A stretch of 62,962 nt of DNA from a virus (taxonomy: Duplodnaviria > Caudoviricetes), in IMG/VR virus record IMGVR_UViG_3300033559_000345, positions 1 through 62,962 of that record; one strand, written 5' to 3'. How positions within the stretch are numbered: the stretch's first letter is position 1; every line of letters begins with the position of its first letter. A program made the translations under genes and the position numbers. Below the pieces are notes generated by a model. That model worked only from the letters and a program-made list of their open reading frames with translations. It was not told where the DNA came from and did no database searches. Below are positions 54,733 through 62,962 of the stretch, piece by piece.

Positions 54733-56844
54733 CTATCTTGTTGGAACAGCTTCTGGCTCAGAAAAGATAGGTGTACCCATCCCTTTATTCGACACTTTTC
54801 TTAATTCGTTGTTTGTACTATCAGATTCAGCTTTAAATTCAACCCTTTTTTTGTGGCGTTTGGTTTTAGCGTCAGGGTCAGTAACCTCTATATCCTCTAC
54901 GGAACCTGTAAAGCTATACTTCTGCTTTTTAATATCAACATCTGTAACAGACCCATACCCCGGGAGCAACCCGGCTTCAAGGCCTTGCTCAAATGCATTA
55001 TCGCGGCACTGTCGCAGATCTTTGTAATCACCAACCATGTCTACGATATTTGCAATTAAGCTTTTTAACCCGAATCCAGCCGCAAATATACTTAAGAGCC
55101 CAGCGGCTTTCAATGCTTTTTCCAACCCAGCTACAACAGGGTGTTTTGGCACAATATACGAGTTAAGGGCTGAATTTACAACACTATTATGAAAGAATAG
55201 GCTGTCAAGGATAGTATTAAATTCGCGAACTTTTATTTTAGCCTTTTTTCCAGACCTTATAAATAGAGCTGGTGGAAGCAATAGTGCCAGAATGGCCGCT
55301 TTTGGGACAACGGTAGCATATGGATTGCCAATCTGTACTAATGACAGTTTGGTACCCCATTGATCGATTTGCCCCTTCCAATCCGGTATCTTCTTTATCT
55401 GCTCAAGGAGCTTATCCATATCAGCATCGGATGCAAGTAGTAATTCATCAGCATTAATTAATTTTACCAGCTCGTCTGTTGATCCCGCCACCATCATAGC
55501 TTTTGAGAAATTTAATAATTGCTTTCCAGCTGATAATTCTGCAATCATCTTGAATCTGTTTTCATCATCACCGGATTCAAGTGTTTCTGTAAACATCATT
55601 TCGACAAGCTCCATTTTTTCATCAGCCTTTTTAAGAAGCTTAGCTGGAGCTTTTGCAGCTGCATTCCCCATATTTCGAATCAGGTCTATCAGAAATCCAA
55701 GCATATTTGAAATCATAGTTTTATAGTTGTATACTGACAATGTATACATCTGACTCTTTTTATTATACAGATATGCATGGTACATATTTGTTGTAAACTT
55801 ACTCGCATTCTCAAGGGCTAAATCCAGATCAGCTTGGAATTCATCGGCAAATGAGGCTCCGGCCATGCTGTACACAGACTTATCAATAGCCGCCTTGGCT
55901 TCCGCCCGTGTTCTGGCAAGGCTTAGGGCTCCTTTGTACTTAGCCTCTATAAAATCACGCTGCTCCTTATACCACATAGCTGCAGCGTCGCCTTTTGCCG
56001 ATGCTATACCCTTTTCAAATGATGTTGACTCTTCCTGTCCAGCGTCTATACCGGTGCCACTCTTGGCTTTTTCATAATACTTATCGGACAACTTCTTAAG
56101 CTCATCTTGCTTGTCCTTCTTTATTTTTTGCTCTTCAATACGATAAAGTTCATCGGCTTTTTGTTTGCGAGCCTTATCGATGTTGTCTAGTATCTTTAAT
56201 GATGATCCTACATCAATTGTATCAATAGCAGCCTTTAAAAAAGATAACGCACCCTGAAATCTATTATAATCAAAATAAGCACTCTGCTCATCTTGTGGGC
56301 TATTATAATTAACATCAAGCCGTTGAATAACAACTGACAATTCTTTTCTTGCCACTCCCAATAGGTTCACAACCTTCTGCATTTGATCTGTATAGTCATA
56401 CCTATTGTCAGCTCCACTCCATTTATAAATGATACCCGAAATAATAATAAGGTTATTCTGGGCTTTATTCAGATATTCACGTTCAGATGCTACTGCGGCA
56501 ATTGCGCTATCCTGCGGAATCCTTACAAGTGACATTAATGACTCTGGAAAAGCTAGTATCAATTTTAATAGTGGTGCTAAAATAGCTTGTATCATAGCCA
56601 GTGCCGCTTGGCTTGCGTTACCAACCAAAGAGCTGGCTAGATCCGCTGATATCTGCATTGCAGCTGCCAGTGCGGTTGCAAGGAGTGTTTTGGGTATTGT
56701 GCTCCATTTTATATTTTGAAATATTTCAACTATTTTTGTAATAGCATCGCGTACTGATTCTTTTATCTTCTCTAACGCTATTCGCTGGGCTATTATATCT
56801 AGTGCAATCCCGCACTCACCCTTAAGATAATCTTTTTTATCCAT
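54733..56844 (-). CDS. Large helical hypothetical protein
   Basis: 703-aa ORF with coiled-coil and hydrophobic segments. Confidence 0.6.
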   Translation of the reverse strand: MDKKDYLKGECGIALDIIAQRIALEKIKESVRDAITKIVEIFQNIKWSTIPKTLLATALAAAMQISADLASSLVGNASQAALAMIQAILAPLLKLILAFPESLMSLVRIPQDSAIAAVASEREYLNKAQNNLIIISGIIYKWSGADNRYDYTDQMQKVVNLLGVARKELSVVIQRLDVNYNSPQDEQSAYFDYNRFQGALSFLKAAIDTIDVGSSLKILDNIDKARKQKADELYRIEEQKIKKDKQDELKKLSDKYYEKAKSGTGIDAGQEESTSFEKGIASAKGDAAAMWYKEQRDFIEAKYKGALSLARTRAEAKAAIDKSVYSMAGASFADEFQADLDLALENASKFTTNMYHAYLYNKKSQMYTLSVYNYKTMISNMLGFLIDLIRNMGNAAAKAPAKLLKKADEKMELVEMMFTETLESGDDENRFKMIAELSAGKQLLNFSKAMMVAGSTDELVKLINADELLLASDADMDKLLEQIKKIPDWKGQIDQWGTKLSLVQIGNPYATVVPKAAILALLLPPALFIRSGKKAKIKVREFNTILDSLFFHNSVVNSALNSYIVPKHPVVAGLEKALKAAGLLSIFAAGFGLKSLIANIVDMVGDYKDLRQCRDNAFEQGLEAGLLPGYGSVTDVDIKKQKYSFTGSVEDIEVTDPDAKTKRHKKRVEFKAESDSTNNELRKVSNKGMGTPIFSEPEAVPTR

Positions 56845-56852
56845 GCTCAGGC

Positions 56853-57545
56853 TTACCTGGCCTCTCTAAGCATTTCTCCGAGCTTTTTTTTCATTCTGGA
56901 AACAGCCATCTCATTTGTATTCAGCTTTGCAGATATTTCTTTATTATTGAGTATTGACTTTCCACCGAAGCCAAATGTGTGCTCCATAACAACCCTCTCT
57001 TTATCAGATAGGCCACTATGGTAGATGTACTCAGCATTGGCAAGATCTTTGTTTTCAAATTGTACAGAATTACCATAAAACGGAAAGTCAGCTCCAGATG
57101 CTGTTACTTCTCCACCTATTTCTTTTTCAAGAAGTTCTAATGACTTCATAGAATACCCAAGTTCATCAGCTAACTCTGCGGCGCTTGGTTCTCTGCCGAG
57201 GTTGTCTTCAAGATTGGTGCGCACTGTCATGTATGTTGCCATTTTCATATTGCGGTGCTCAGGTATCCGTCCTGATGATATGGATTCAGTTGCCTGGCGC
57301 TGAGTTTTCCTGAGGTGGTTGTATATATGAGTAATCGGCTGAGTATTAAAATCTGGATTATACGTGTTCAGGGCGTTAATAAAATTTGACCGAGCCCTCG
57401 CTGTGAGAGTTGGTGTTGAAATTCCAGTTGTACGGTACTGATTCACAGTCTTATGTACAAGTGGTTTAAACTGCTGTGTCAACTCGAGAAAGAGTTTTGG
57501 ATCTCGAGTTTTCTGCCATTCAACAATTTTATCAGAATCATCCAT
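56853..57545 (-). CDS. Sigma70-family RNA polymerase sigma factor (FliA/SigF-like architecture)
   Basis: Region 2 FKPLVHKTVNQY...ALNTYNPD, RIPE, region 3 LGREPSAAELADELG, region 4 LSDKERVV...NKEISAKLNTNEMAVSR. Confidence 0.85.
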   Translation of the reverse strand: MDDSDKIVEWQKTRDPKLFLELTQQFKPLVHKTVNQYRTTGISTPTLTARARSNFINALNTYNPDFNTQPITHIYNHLRKTQRQATESISSGRIPEHRNMKMATYMTVRTNLEDNLGREPSAAELADELGYSMKSLELLEKEIGGEVTASGADFPFYGNSVQFENKDLANAEYIYHSGLSDKERVVMEHTFGFGGKSILNNKEISAKLNTNEMAVSRMKKKLGEMLREAR

Positions 57546-57546
57546 A

Positions 57547-57939
57547 TTATACTGACGCTCCAGGTGTCAATCTGCTTTGTGTCCGTATATAGTTACCAAC
57601 TTTTGCTTTTGTTTCATTCCATTTAGCTTGAAATGGTTTTGACTGGACTAAACGCCTTCCACCTCCAACAGCACCTCCAACAAGTGCCCCTTTTACTGCG
57701 CGCTCCATAAAACCCTGGTCCTTATCTCCAACTGCAATATTCAACCCGGCCCCAACCATAGCCCCTTTAGCTACCGGGTTGGCAAAACTTTTAGTGGCAT
57801 TATACGCTTGTACACCAACCGCCTGACGCAATCCCCTTCTTGCGCCAGTATACGCAAGTCTAAGGCCTTTGAATATATTAGCGTGCTTCTCAAGCTCATC
57901 ATTAAATGCATCATTATAAATCTGATCAATACTACGCAT
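57547..57939 (-). CDS. Small Gly/Ala-rich putative internal virion protein
   Basis: Acidic leader AFNDELEKHA followed by a basic region with glycine-zipper-like helices GAMVGAG/GALVGGAVGG. Confidence 0.55.
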   Translation of the reverse strand: MRSIDQIYNDAFNDELEKHANIFKGLRLAYTGARRGLRQAVGVQAYNATKSFANPVAKGAMVGAGLNIAVGDKDQGFMERAVKGALVGGAVGGGRRLVQSKPFQAKWNETKAKVGNYIRTQSRLTPGASV

Positions 57940-57942
57940 AAT

Positions 57943-58188
57943 TTACTTCCTTCTGAATGGCAGTGGCGGAGTTGGAGCTCTTGGTGTCAACTTTGTAACA
58001 CTGGGGCTTGGTTTTATATAATTTGGTGACATATCTCCAGTAAACTTACGGCGATCAGCTGTTGGTGTTTTTGCCCCGGCAGTTGATGCCGATCCGGATG
58101 AGGATGTTGATTTTGATGATGTTGTAGACTCAGTTACAGTGCTGTCACTGGACATTTCTGCTATTTTTTGCAACAAAGAATTTTTCAT
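57943..58188 (-). CDS. Small low-complexity putative virion protein
   Basis: GGAGG RBS before ATG 58188; short leader ending LQKIA, then a Ser/Thr/Pro-rich region. Confidence 0.55.
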   Translation of the reverse strand: MKNSLLQKIAEMSSDSTVTESTTSSKSTSSSGSASTAGAKTPTADRRKFTGDMSPNYIKPSPSVTKLTPRAPTPPLPFRRK

Positions 58189-58250
58189 CAAAACCTCCAT
58201 TTCTTGTATCGATTAGTAAAATATATCTAATCCCCGGTAAATACAAATTA

Positions 58251-60896
58251 TTATATCTGAGAGCTTTTTGTAGCCTCTATTTTGTAGCGGCGTATGGCAG
58301 TTTTTCTCTCCTCAATCAAAGCTGTAGCCGGAGATCTCTCACGAATAGAGCTACACTTACCAGGCTCAAGGTTGCGGTCATTATAAAACCCCTTCTTGGA
58401 TTCATAATCATCAGTTGCTACACCGTAATATTCCTGATCCATTTTCTCTCCACTTACATTTGCTCCATCATATTTATTCGAATATATGATTTCGTTCAAC
58501 AAGGTGGAGGATCTACCAGATGTCTGCACTCTATCCCTTGTTGTTTTTCTGGAGTAATTCATAATTCCAACCATAAACTCGTTTGCGTTGATTACTCGAC
58601 GGTATGTATACCTAACAGCATCTTCATAATTGTACAGAAATGATGCATGGTTCTTTCTTAAATTTACAAAAGCCTCATGCATTGAGTCGAATGCAAAGAG
58701 TTTACCAGGTTTATCGCCAGCCTCAACCATGAAGCTATGTGGTATCCCGAGCACATGTTTGTAAAAATTTGGAATTCTTGATGGTTCATACGCCGCATCA
58801 AGGTAGGCTCTATTAGTAATCCCATTCTGCTTTTGGTCATTGGTAATACATGTCAAATCTTTGACGTATTTATACTCACCAACCGACCCTGTATCGATAT
58901 CAAGATCAAATATTTCATTGTTCTTGGTTCTAAACTGATTTCTGGATTTTGGTGGCGGCGGAAAATAAAGGCTATTACTGTATTTATATTCAGGGTTTAC
59001 AGCGGCAAGTGTCTTGTCAGTAGCCTTCATATATAGTGGCGAGCCGCTATCATCCATGTCGGTTGGCTCATCCTCGAATCGCGCATTATTCATCATAACA
59101 GATGTTGTGGCGCTCCCCCCAGTTGGCATAACTGTTATAATGTGTTTTACCTGTTGAACCATTCCAATAATTGTTTTGGCTTCACCAGCGTGGAATGCAT
59201 TCTCACCTGACAGTACGGCCCCGGGGAATCCAGGCATAATAAACGGATTAAAAGTCATTTCAATACTGCATGCCCTACCATTAAATCTCGAATTAAAAAA
59301 TTGTAATCTAGCATGGTGTTTTATAGCGTTTGTTCTACCAAAGTAACTCTTATTATTTAATTGGTCAGCTTCTTTTATAGCTTGTTCAAGCCGTTCTATT
59401 TTAGCTTTTATATCAGGGTCGTTTGTGGCAGCTTCATTGGCTCCATCGGATTCTACCTTCTTGTCTTTAAGCTTGGAAATAATCTTTTGAGCCTCTTCAT
59501 AACTTTCAGCTCCATATGTTGTATTTAGAAATGATGACCTTGCATCTTCATCTATCAACTCATTGGATATGCGGCCTTGTATCAGGTTGGTACCAACATA
59601 CCTTTCGCGCTCCGTAAGATATAATCCACCCTCACCAGCTAAAGCATATGGTAAAGCTATTGTGCTTTTACCAATATCATTGCTATTAGTTGCAAAATAG
59701 TTATTAAGACCATACCGCGCTCTGGTAGCATCTATATCAAAATCATAATCCCATTCAACTCGGCTATACATACACGGCATAATCAGATTGCAATTCGGTG
59801 GTGATGTAAATTCCATTGGTGGAAGTATCATACCTTGATTTGTAATTATAGGGGCGCCGAACTGACTTTCCTCCTTTAATAGGAATTTCCTGGTTCTGCC
59901 ATCCATTGTATTATTAACCGTTTCATTGGCCCCGCTCACATCGATTCTTGAGGGGGTTGCACAGGAGTATGGGCTGGATGAAAACACTGCAGCGAGCCGC
60001 ATAATTACAGCTTCAACAGAATTGTAATTAGATCCACCAAGGATTGTCTGCATTAATGCGTCATCATGCTCGCCAACGCCATTAACTTGTTTTCTGAACA
60101 TGAATGTTCCAGCTTCATTTTGTGGTATAAATAGGTTTTTCTCCATTCGAACGCGTTTATTAAAAAATATAGCCGCTGACGATGAGGCTACAGACTCTAA
60201 CCATATCCCACGAGCTATTGCATCAAGAAAGAATCCATATTGAAAATCTTTACTACTATCAGTGTCTTTCTTTAATAGATCACTTATTAAGGATTGATAA
60301 CCTTCGGTATTATATATATCATAAGAGTCTCCACCCTCCCCCATTGATACGCCGGCTACTCTTGCCAACATAAACCATAGCTGGTTAATAGCTTTATTCT
60401 GGACTGATCTTTTCCCCGCGGTGATAACAGCTGTGTTTGACCCGTTGTAATTTATAGTGTATTCACCTCTTAGACCCATGGTGTTATAGTCATAAATGCC
60501 AAGTGTTGTATTAGCAGCATTAATCAAAGTTGATGGTAGCTTTCTTATGTCAGAGCGAAAATCTCTGCATATCAATGAGACCATTCTGTCCGATTGGGCC
60601 TGGTCTATTTTATAGAATTTACAGAAATTTCCATTAAATAGGAGCCTCCACTTCTTCTTACCATCACCTTCACCTTCTTCTTTTCCAAAATCCACCCAAT
60701 CACGGTAGAACAGCTGCACTGTTGTCTTTGGTTTTATATCGTAAACACCAGCACTTTCATGGATGTTCACCTGGGCCTCCACACCATTTGGTGTGGCAGA
60801 AATATTAGCTGAATAAAATGGAATCTCAATACCCTCAAGAAAGAGTTTGAAGTCATAGTTATATGCTTTATTTGAGCCAGGCTGACTACTTGCCAT
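58251..60896 (-). CDS. Putative baseplate hub protein
   Basis: FKLFLEGIEIP...LLFNG...VSLICRD N-terminus and CSIEMTFNPFIMPGFP...VQQVKH; located downstream of the tape-measure-like gene. Confidence 0.55.
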   Translation of the reverse strand: MASSQPGSNKAYNYDFKLFLEGIEIPFYSANISATPNGVEAQVNIHESAGVYDIKPKTTVQLFYRDWVDFGKEEGEGDGKKKWRLLFNGNFCKFYKIDQAQSDRMVSLICRDFRSDIRKLPSTLINAANTTLGIYDYNTMGLRGEYTINYNGSNTAVITAGKRSVQNKAINQLWFMLARVAGVSMGEGGDSYDIYNTEGYQSLISDLLKKDTDSSKDFQYGFFLDAIARGIWLESVASSSAAIFFNKRVRMEKNLFIPQNEAGTFMFRKQVNGVGEHDDALMQTILGGSNYNSVEAVIMRLAAVFSSSPYSCATPSRIDVSGANETVNNTMDGRTRKFLLKEESQFGAPIITNQGMILPPMEFTSPPNCNLIMPCMYSRVEWDYDFDIDATRARYGLNNYFATNSNDIGKSTIALPYALAGEGGLYLTERERYVGTNLIQGRISNELIDEDARSSFLNTTYGAESYEEAQKIISKLKDKKVESDGANEAATNDPDIKAKIERLEQAIKEADQLNNKSYFGRTNAIKHHARLQFFNSRFNGRACSIEMTFNPFIMPGFPGAVLSGENAFHAGEAKTIIGMVQQVKHIITVMPTGGSATTSVMMNNARFEDEPTDMDDSGSPLYMKATDKTLAAVNPEYKYSNSLYFPPPPKSRNQFRTKNNEIFDLDIDTGSVGEYKYVKDLTCITNDQKQNGITNRAYLDAAYEPSRIPNFYKHVLGIPHSFMVEAGDKPGKLFAFDSMHEAFVNLRKNHASFLYNYEDAVRYTYRRVINANEFMVGIMNYSRKTTRDRVQTSGRSSTLLNEIIYSNKYDGANVSGEKMDQEYYGVATDDYESKKGFYNDRNLEPGKCSSIRERSPATALIEERKTAIRRYKIEATKSSQI

Positions 60897-60902
60897 ATCT
60901 GT

Positions 60903-61664
60903 TTATCCTTTATATTTAGCTGAAGCTGTTGATGGGAATCTATGCTTGTTACTGAGAATATTCAGTCTTGGCTCATTATAATTATGTGTCACATGTCCAT
61001 CATTAAACCTTATAGAAGAAATATTATCCCGAACCCACACCTCTTCCCTTACCAGTATCTGAAATGTAAATTCCTTTAGTAATGGGTTGTTAGCACTTGA
61101 TGTCACACTTACAGTTGTCAGGTACCCCGGGACAACTTTACCCTGATAGGAAATAATCATCTCCATTTCATTCTCGACACACTTTCTTCCTCGCAGGAAT
61201 TTCTCATAAGCAACCATAAATTCCTGGTAGTATGGAAATTCCCTACTATCAAGAAAGTAGCCCGAAAATGAGTAGAGTTTAGGTGATGCTCCAAATAAGA
61301 ATAAGTTCCAATGCTCACTAAAATTAACATGAAGCTTTAATATGTCCTGACTTGACTCTGATACATTGATTAATGCAAAATTATTGAATATACCATAGTA
61401 CGGAGTTGGAGTTATATCGTCAAGTTGTATTTGGGCAATACTTCTTGATGAGAAAGATGAGATAGGGGCTGCAACTTGCGATTTGACGGGGTATGGGTTT
61501 ATAGTGCTGATATCAATCTTATCAGCATCATCAATAATATCAGTACTGCCAGTTTTTGCTGTTTGGTAAAGTACTATAGCTGCCAGATCATAATCATGCT
61601 CTGACATTGGTCTACCCCACGGGCGTATGTTTCCATCCATTTCTGTTCTCATTATAGTATCCAC
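60903..61664 (-). CDS. Putative tail tube initiator / baseplate protein
   Basis: LFLFGASPKLYSFSGYFLD...FTFQILV tube-like fold; located between the tape-measure-like and hub-like genes. Confidence 0.45.
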   Translation of the reverse strand: MDTIMRTEMDGNIRPWGRPMSEHDYDLAAIVLYQTAKTGSTDIIDDADKIDISTINPYPVKSQVAAPISSFSSRSIAQIQLDDITPTPYYGIFNNFALINVSESSQDILKLHVNFSEHWNLFLFGASPKLYSFSGYFLDSREFPYYQEFMVAYEKFLRGRKCVENEMEMIISYQGKVVPGYLTTVSVTSSANNPLLKEFTFQILVREEVWVRDNISSIRFNDGHVTHNYNEPRLNILSNKHRFPSTASAKYKG

Positions 61665-62962
61665 CTATTGTTCCAATAGTTTAAAATCGGGGGTGCAGGA
61701 TTAATTGCCTGCTTCGAATCCGCTGGGTCCCCAGAGCTCTTTTCCATTCGTGTTACAAATTCTGAAAGCTTTGCGCGCTCTTTGTCGCCTACATCGGCTT
61801 GCCCTTTGCCATCCCCAGCATCCTTCTTTAACTGGCCGTTTATTACAGAATAAGTAGTTCCATTGATCTCAACAGGCTTTGCTGTACTGCCCTTTCCAAG
61901 TTCCATACTTAAAAGTGTGTTATATTTTTCAGTTATACTACCCTGCATAACAGCCTCTTTGCCAGATCCAATTAAAATCTGGGAGGCGGTTTTCTGCAGG
62001 TTGTTATCTTTCATAAAAGACTCGTATGTCATTCCCATAAGGGCTTTTTTATCAGCGAATTGCCCAGCATCTGCAGCTGCAGCGCTTTTACTCCACTTAT
62101 CCCATGATTGCACAGCGAGGCTCTTAATATTTTTAAATGCCTCCTCAGACATTCCTGACGCTTTAGTATAACCACTTTCAGCTATCATTATTGCTGAAGC
62201 GATTTGCTGATCTGATGCAGTTGTTGAACCCTTCAAGATGGCAGCCCGCTCCTGTTCCAAGGCTGTCAACCCTCTACTAAGGCCTTTTTTATCTACTTGA
62301 CCATTAGACTTAGCGATAATATCTTCAACCCTTTTTTCTTCAGCTTGAATTTGTTTATCAATATCATTTGTATCAACTAATCTGGATCTAAAGCCTCTAA
62401 CTTTACCTTCCATTTCAAGTTTCTTTTCCTGATTTGCTATACTGGACCTGTAGTTTATATCTGATTTAATTGTTGTCATGTCCAATTTTTTAATAGCGTC
62501 AATCTGGTTTTGTATTCTTTCAACATCTTTACCACGGGCTGTTGTTAATTGTTCCGCAAAATATTTAACAAAGGCATTTTTCTGTCCATCAGTGGTTAGT
62601 GATTCGAGTTTTTGTATACCTATGTTGCCAATGGCTTCCTCATAAGTTGCCTGCGATCCGAACGCTTTGTGGGCAGACTTCATGCTGTAACCCTTGTTAA
62701 CACCGCCTAAGACACCTGCGCCAGTAGCGCCAATAATAGCCCCCGCTATAAGACCAACTGGAACTGTAACAGCAGATAGTATACCTCCACCAGCCATACC
62801 GGCAGCAAGCCCTAACCCGCCAAAAGCTACTGCTCCAGCCATTGATCGCGCAAACCACCCCTCGCCACTAAACTTTTTCTGTGTGAGTTCTGCGTGTTTT
62901 TTACGAAGGTTTACAATATCGGATGCTGTATTTGATATTTTATCACCAGTAACATTCTCAAA
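61652..62962 (-). CDS. Tape measure protein-like C-terminus (partial)
   Basis: Frame stays open from 62842 to the window end; Gly/Ala-rich hydrophobic helices plus charged coiled-coil regions; upstream of baseplate genes. Confidence 0.55.
   Translation of the reverse strand, partial: FENVTGDKISNTASDIVNLRKKHAELTQKKFSGEGWFARSMAGAVAFGGLGLAAGMAGGGILSAVTVPVGLIAGAIIGATGAGVLGGVNKGYSMKSAHKAFGSQATYEEAIGNIGIQKLESLTTDGQKNAFVKYFAEQLTTARGKDVERIQNQIDAIKKLDMTTIKSDINYRSSIANQEKKLEMEGKVRGFRSRLVDTNDIDKQIQAEEKRVEDIIAKSNGQVDKKGLSRGLTALEQERAAILKGSTTASDQQIASAIMIAESGYTKASGMSEEAFKNIKSLAVQSWDKWSKSAAAADAGQFADKKALMGMTYESFMKDNNLQKTASQILIGSGKEAVMQGSITEKYNTLLSMELGKGSTAKPVEINGTTYSVINGQLKKDAGDGKGQADVGDKERAKLSEFVTRMEKSSGDPADSKQAINPAPPILNYWNNRWIL

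Noticed and set aside
1-62962. Stop-codon reassignment as in some large phages
   Set aside because: Genes are long and tightly packed in the standard code, and TAA, TAG and TGA each end genes directly before the next start.

Overview
This window looks like a segment of a large tailed (myovirus-like, probably jumbo) bacteriophage genome, read in the standard genetic code. No rRNA, tRNA or CRISPR array was seen. Two minus-strand blocks hold virion genes. The left block (1-11.9 kb) also carries a single-chain beta-beta' RNA polymerase whose active-site motif is interrupted by an unusual LAGLIDADG intein. The right block (35-63 kb) has portal, head/tail, baseplate and tape-measure genes plus a sigma70-family factor. 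Between them is a plus-strand replication/accessory block (12-34.8 kb): DinG-like helicase, lipase, DnaG-MCM primase-helicase, SSB, gp3-like recombination factor, DEDDh-RecB-type nuclease and SNF2 helicase. The standout is an apparently complete phage-encoded ubiquitin-like conjugation operon (28.5-34.8 kb). It has two coiled-coil E2-like proteins, a JAB peptidase, a ThiF-type E1 and a tandem di-Ubl precursor whose two units end in Ser-Ala-Ala rather than Gly-Gly. A bipartite motif TGTTAT-N17-WATAAT occurs five times in front of plus-strand genes, twice in this operon, and is a candidate promoter for the phage RNAP/sigma. All family assignments come from motif recognition by eye, not from database searches.
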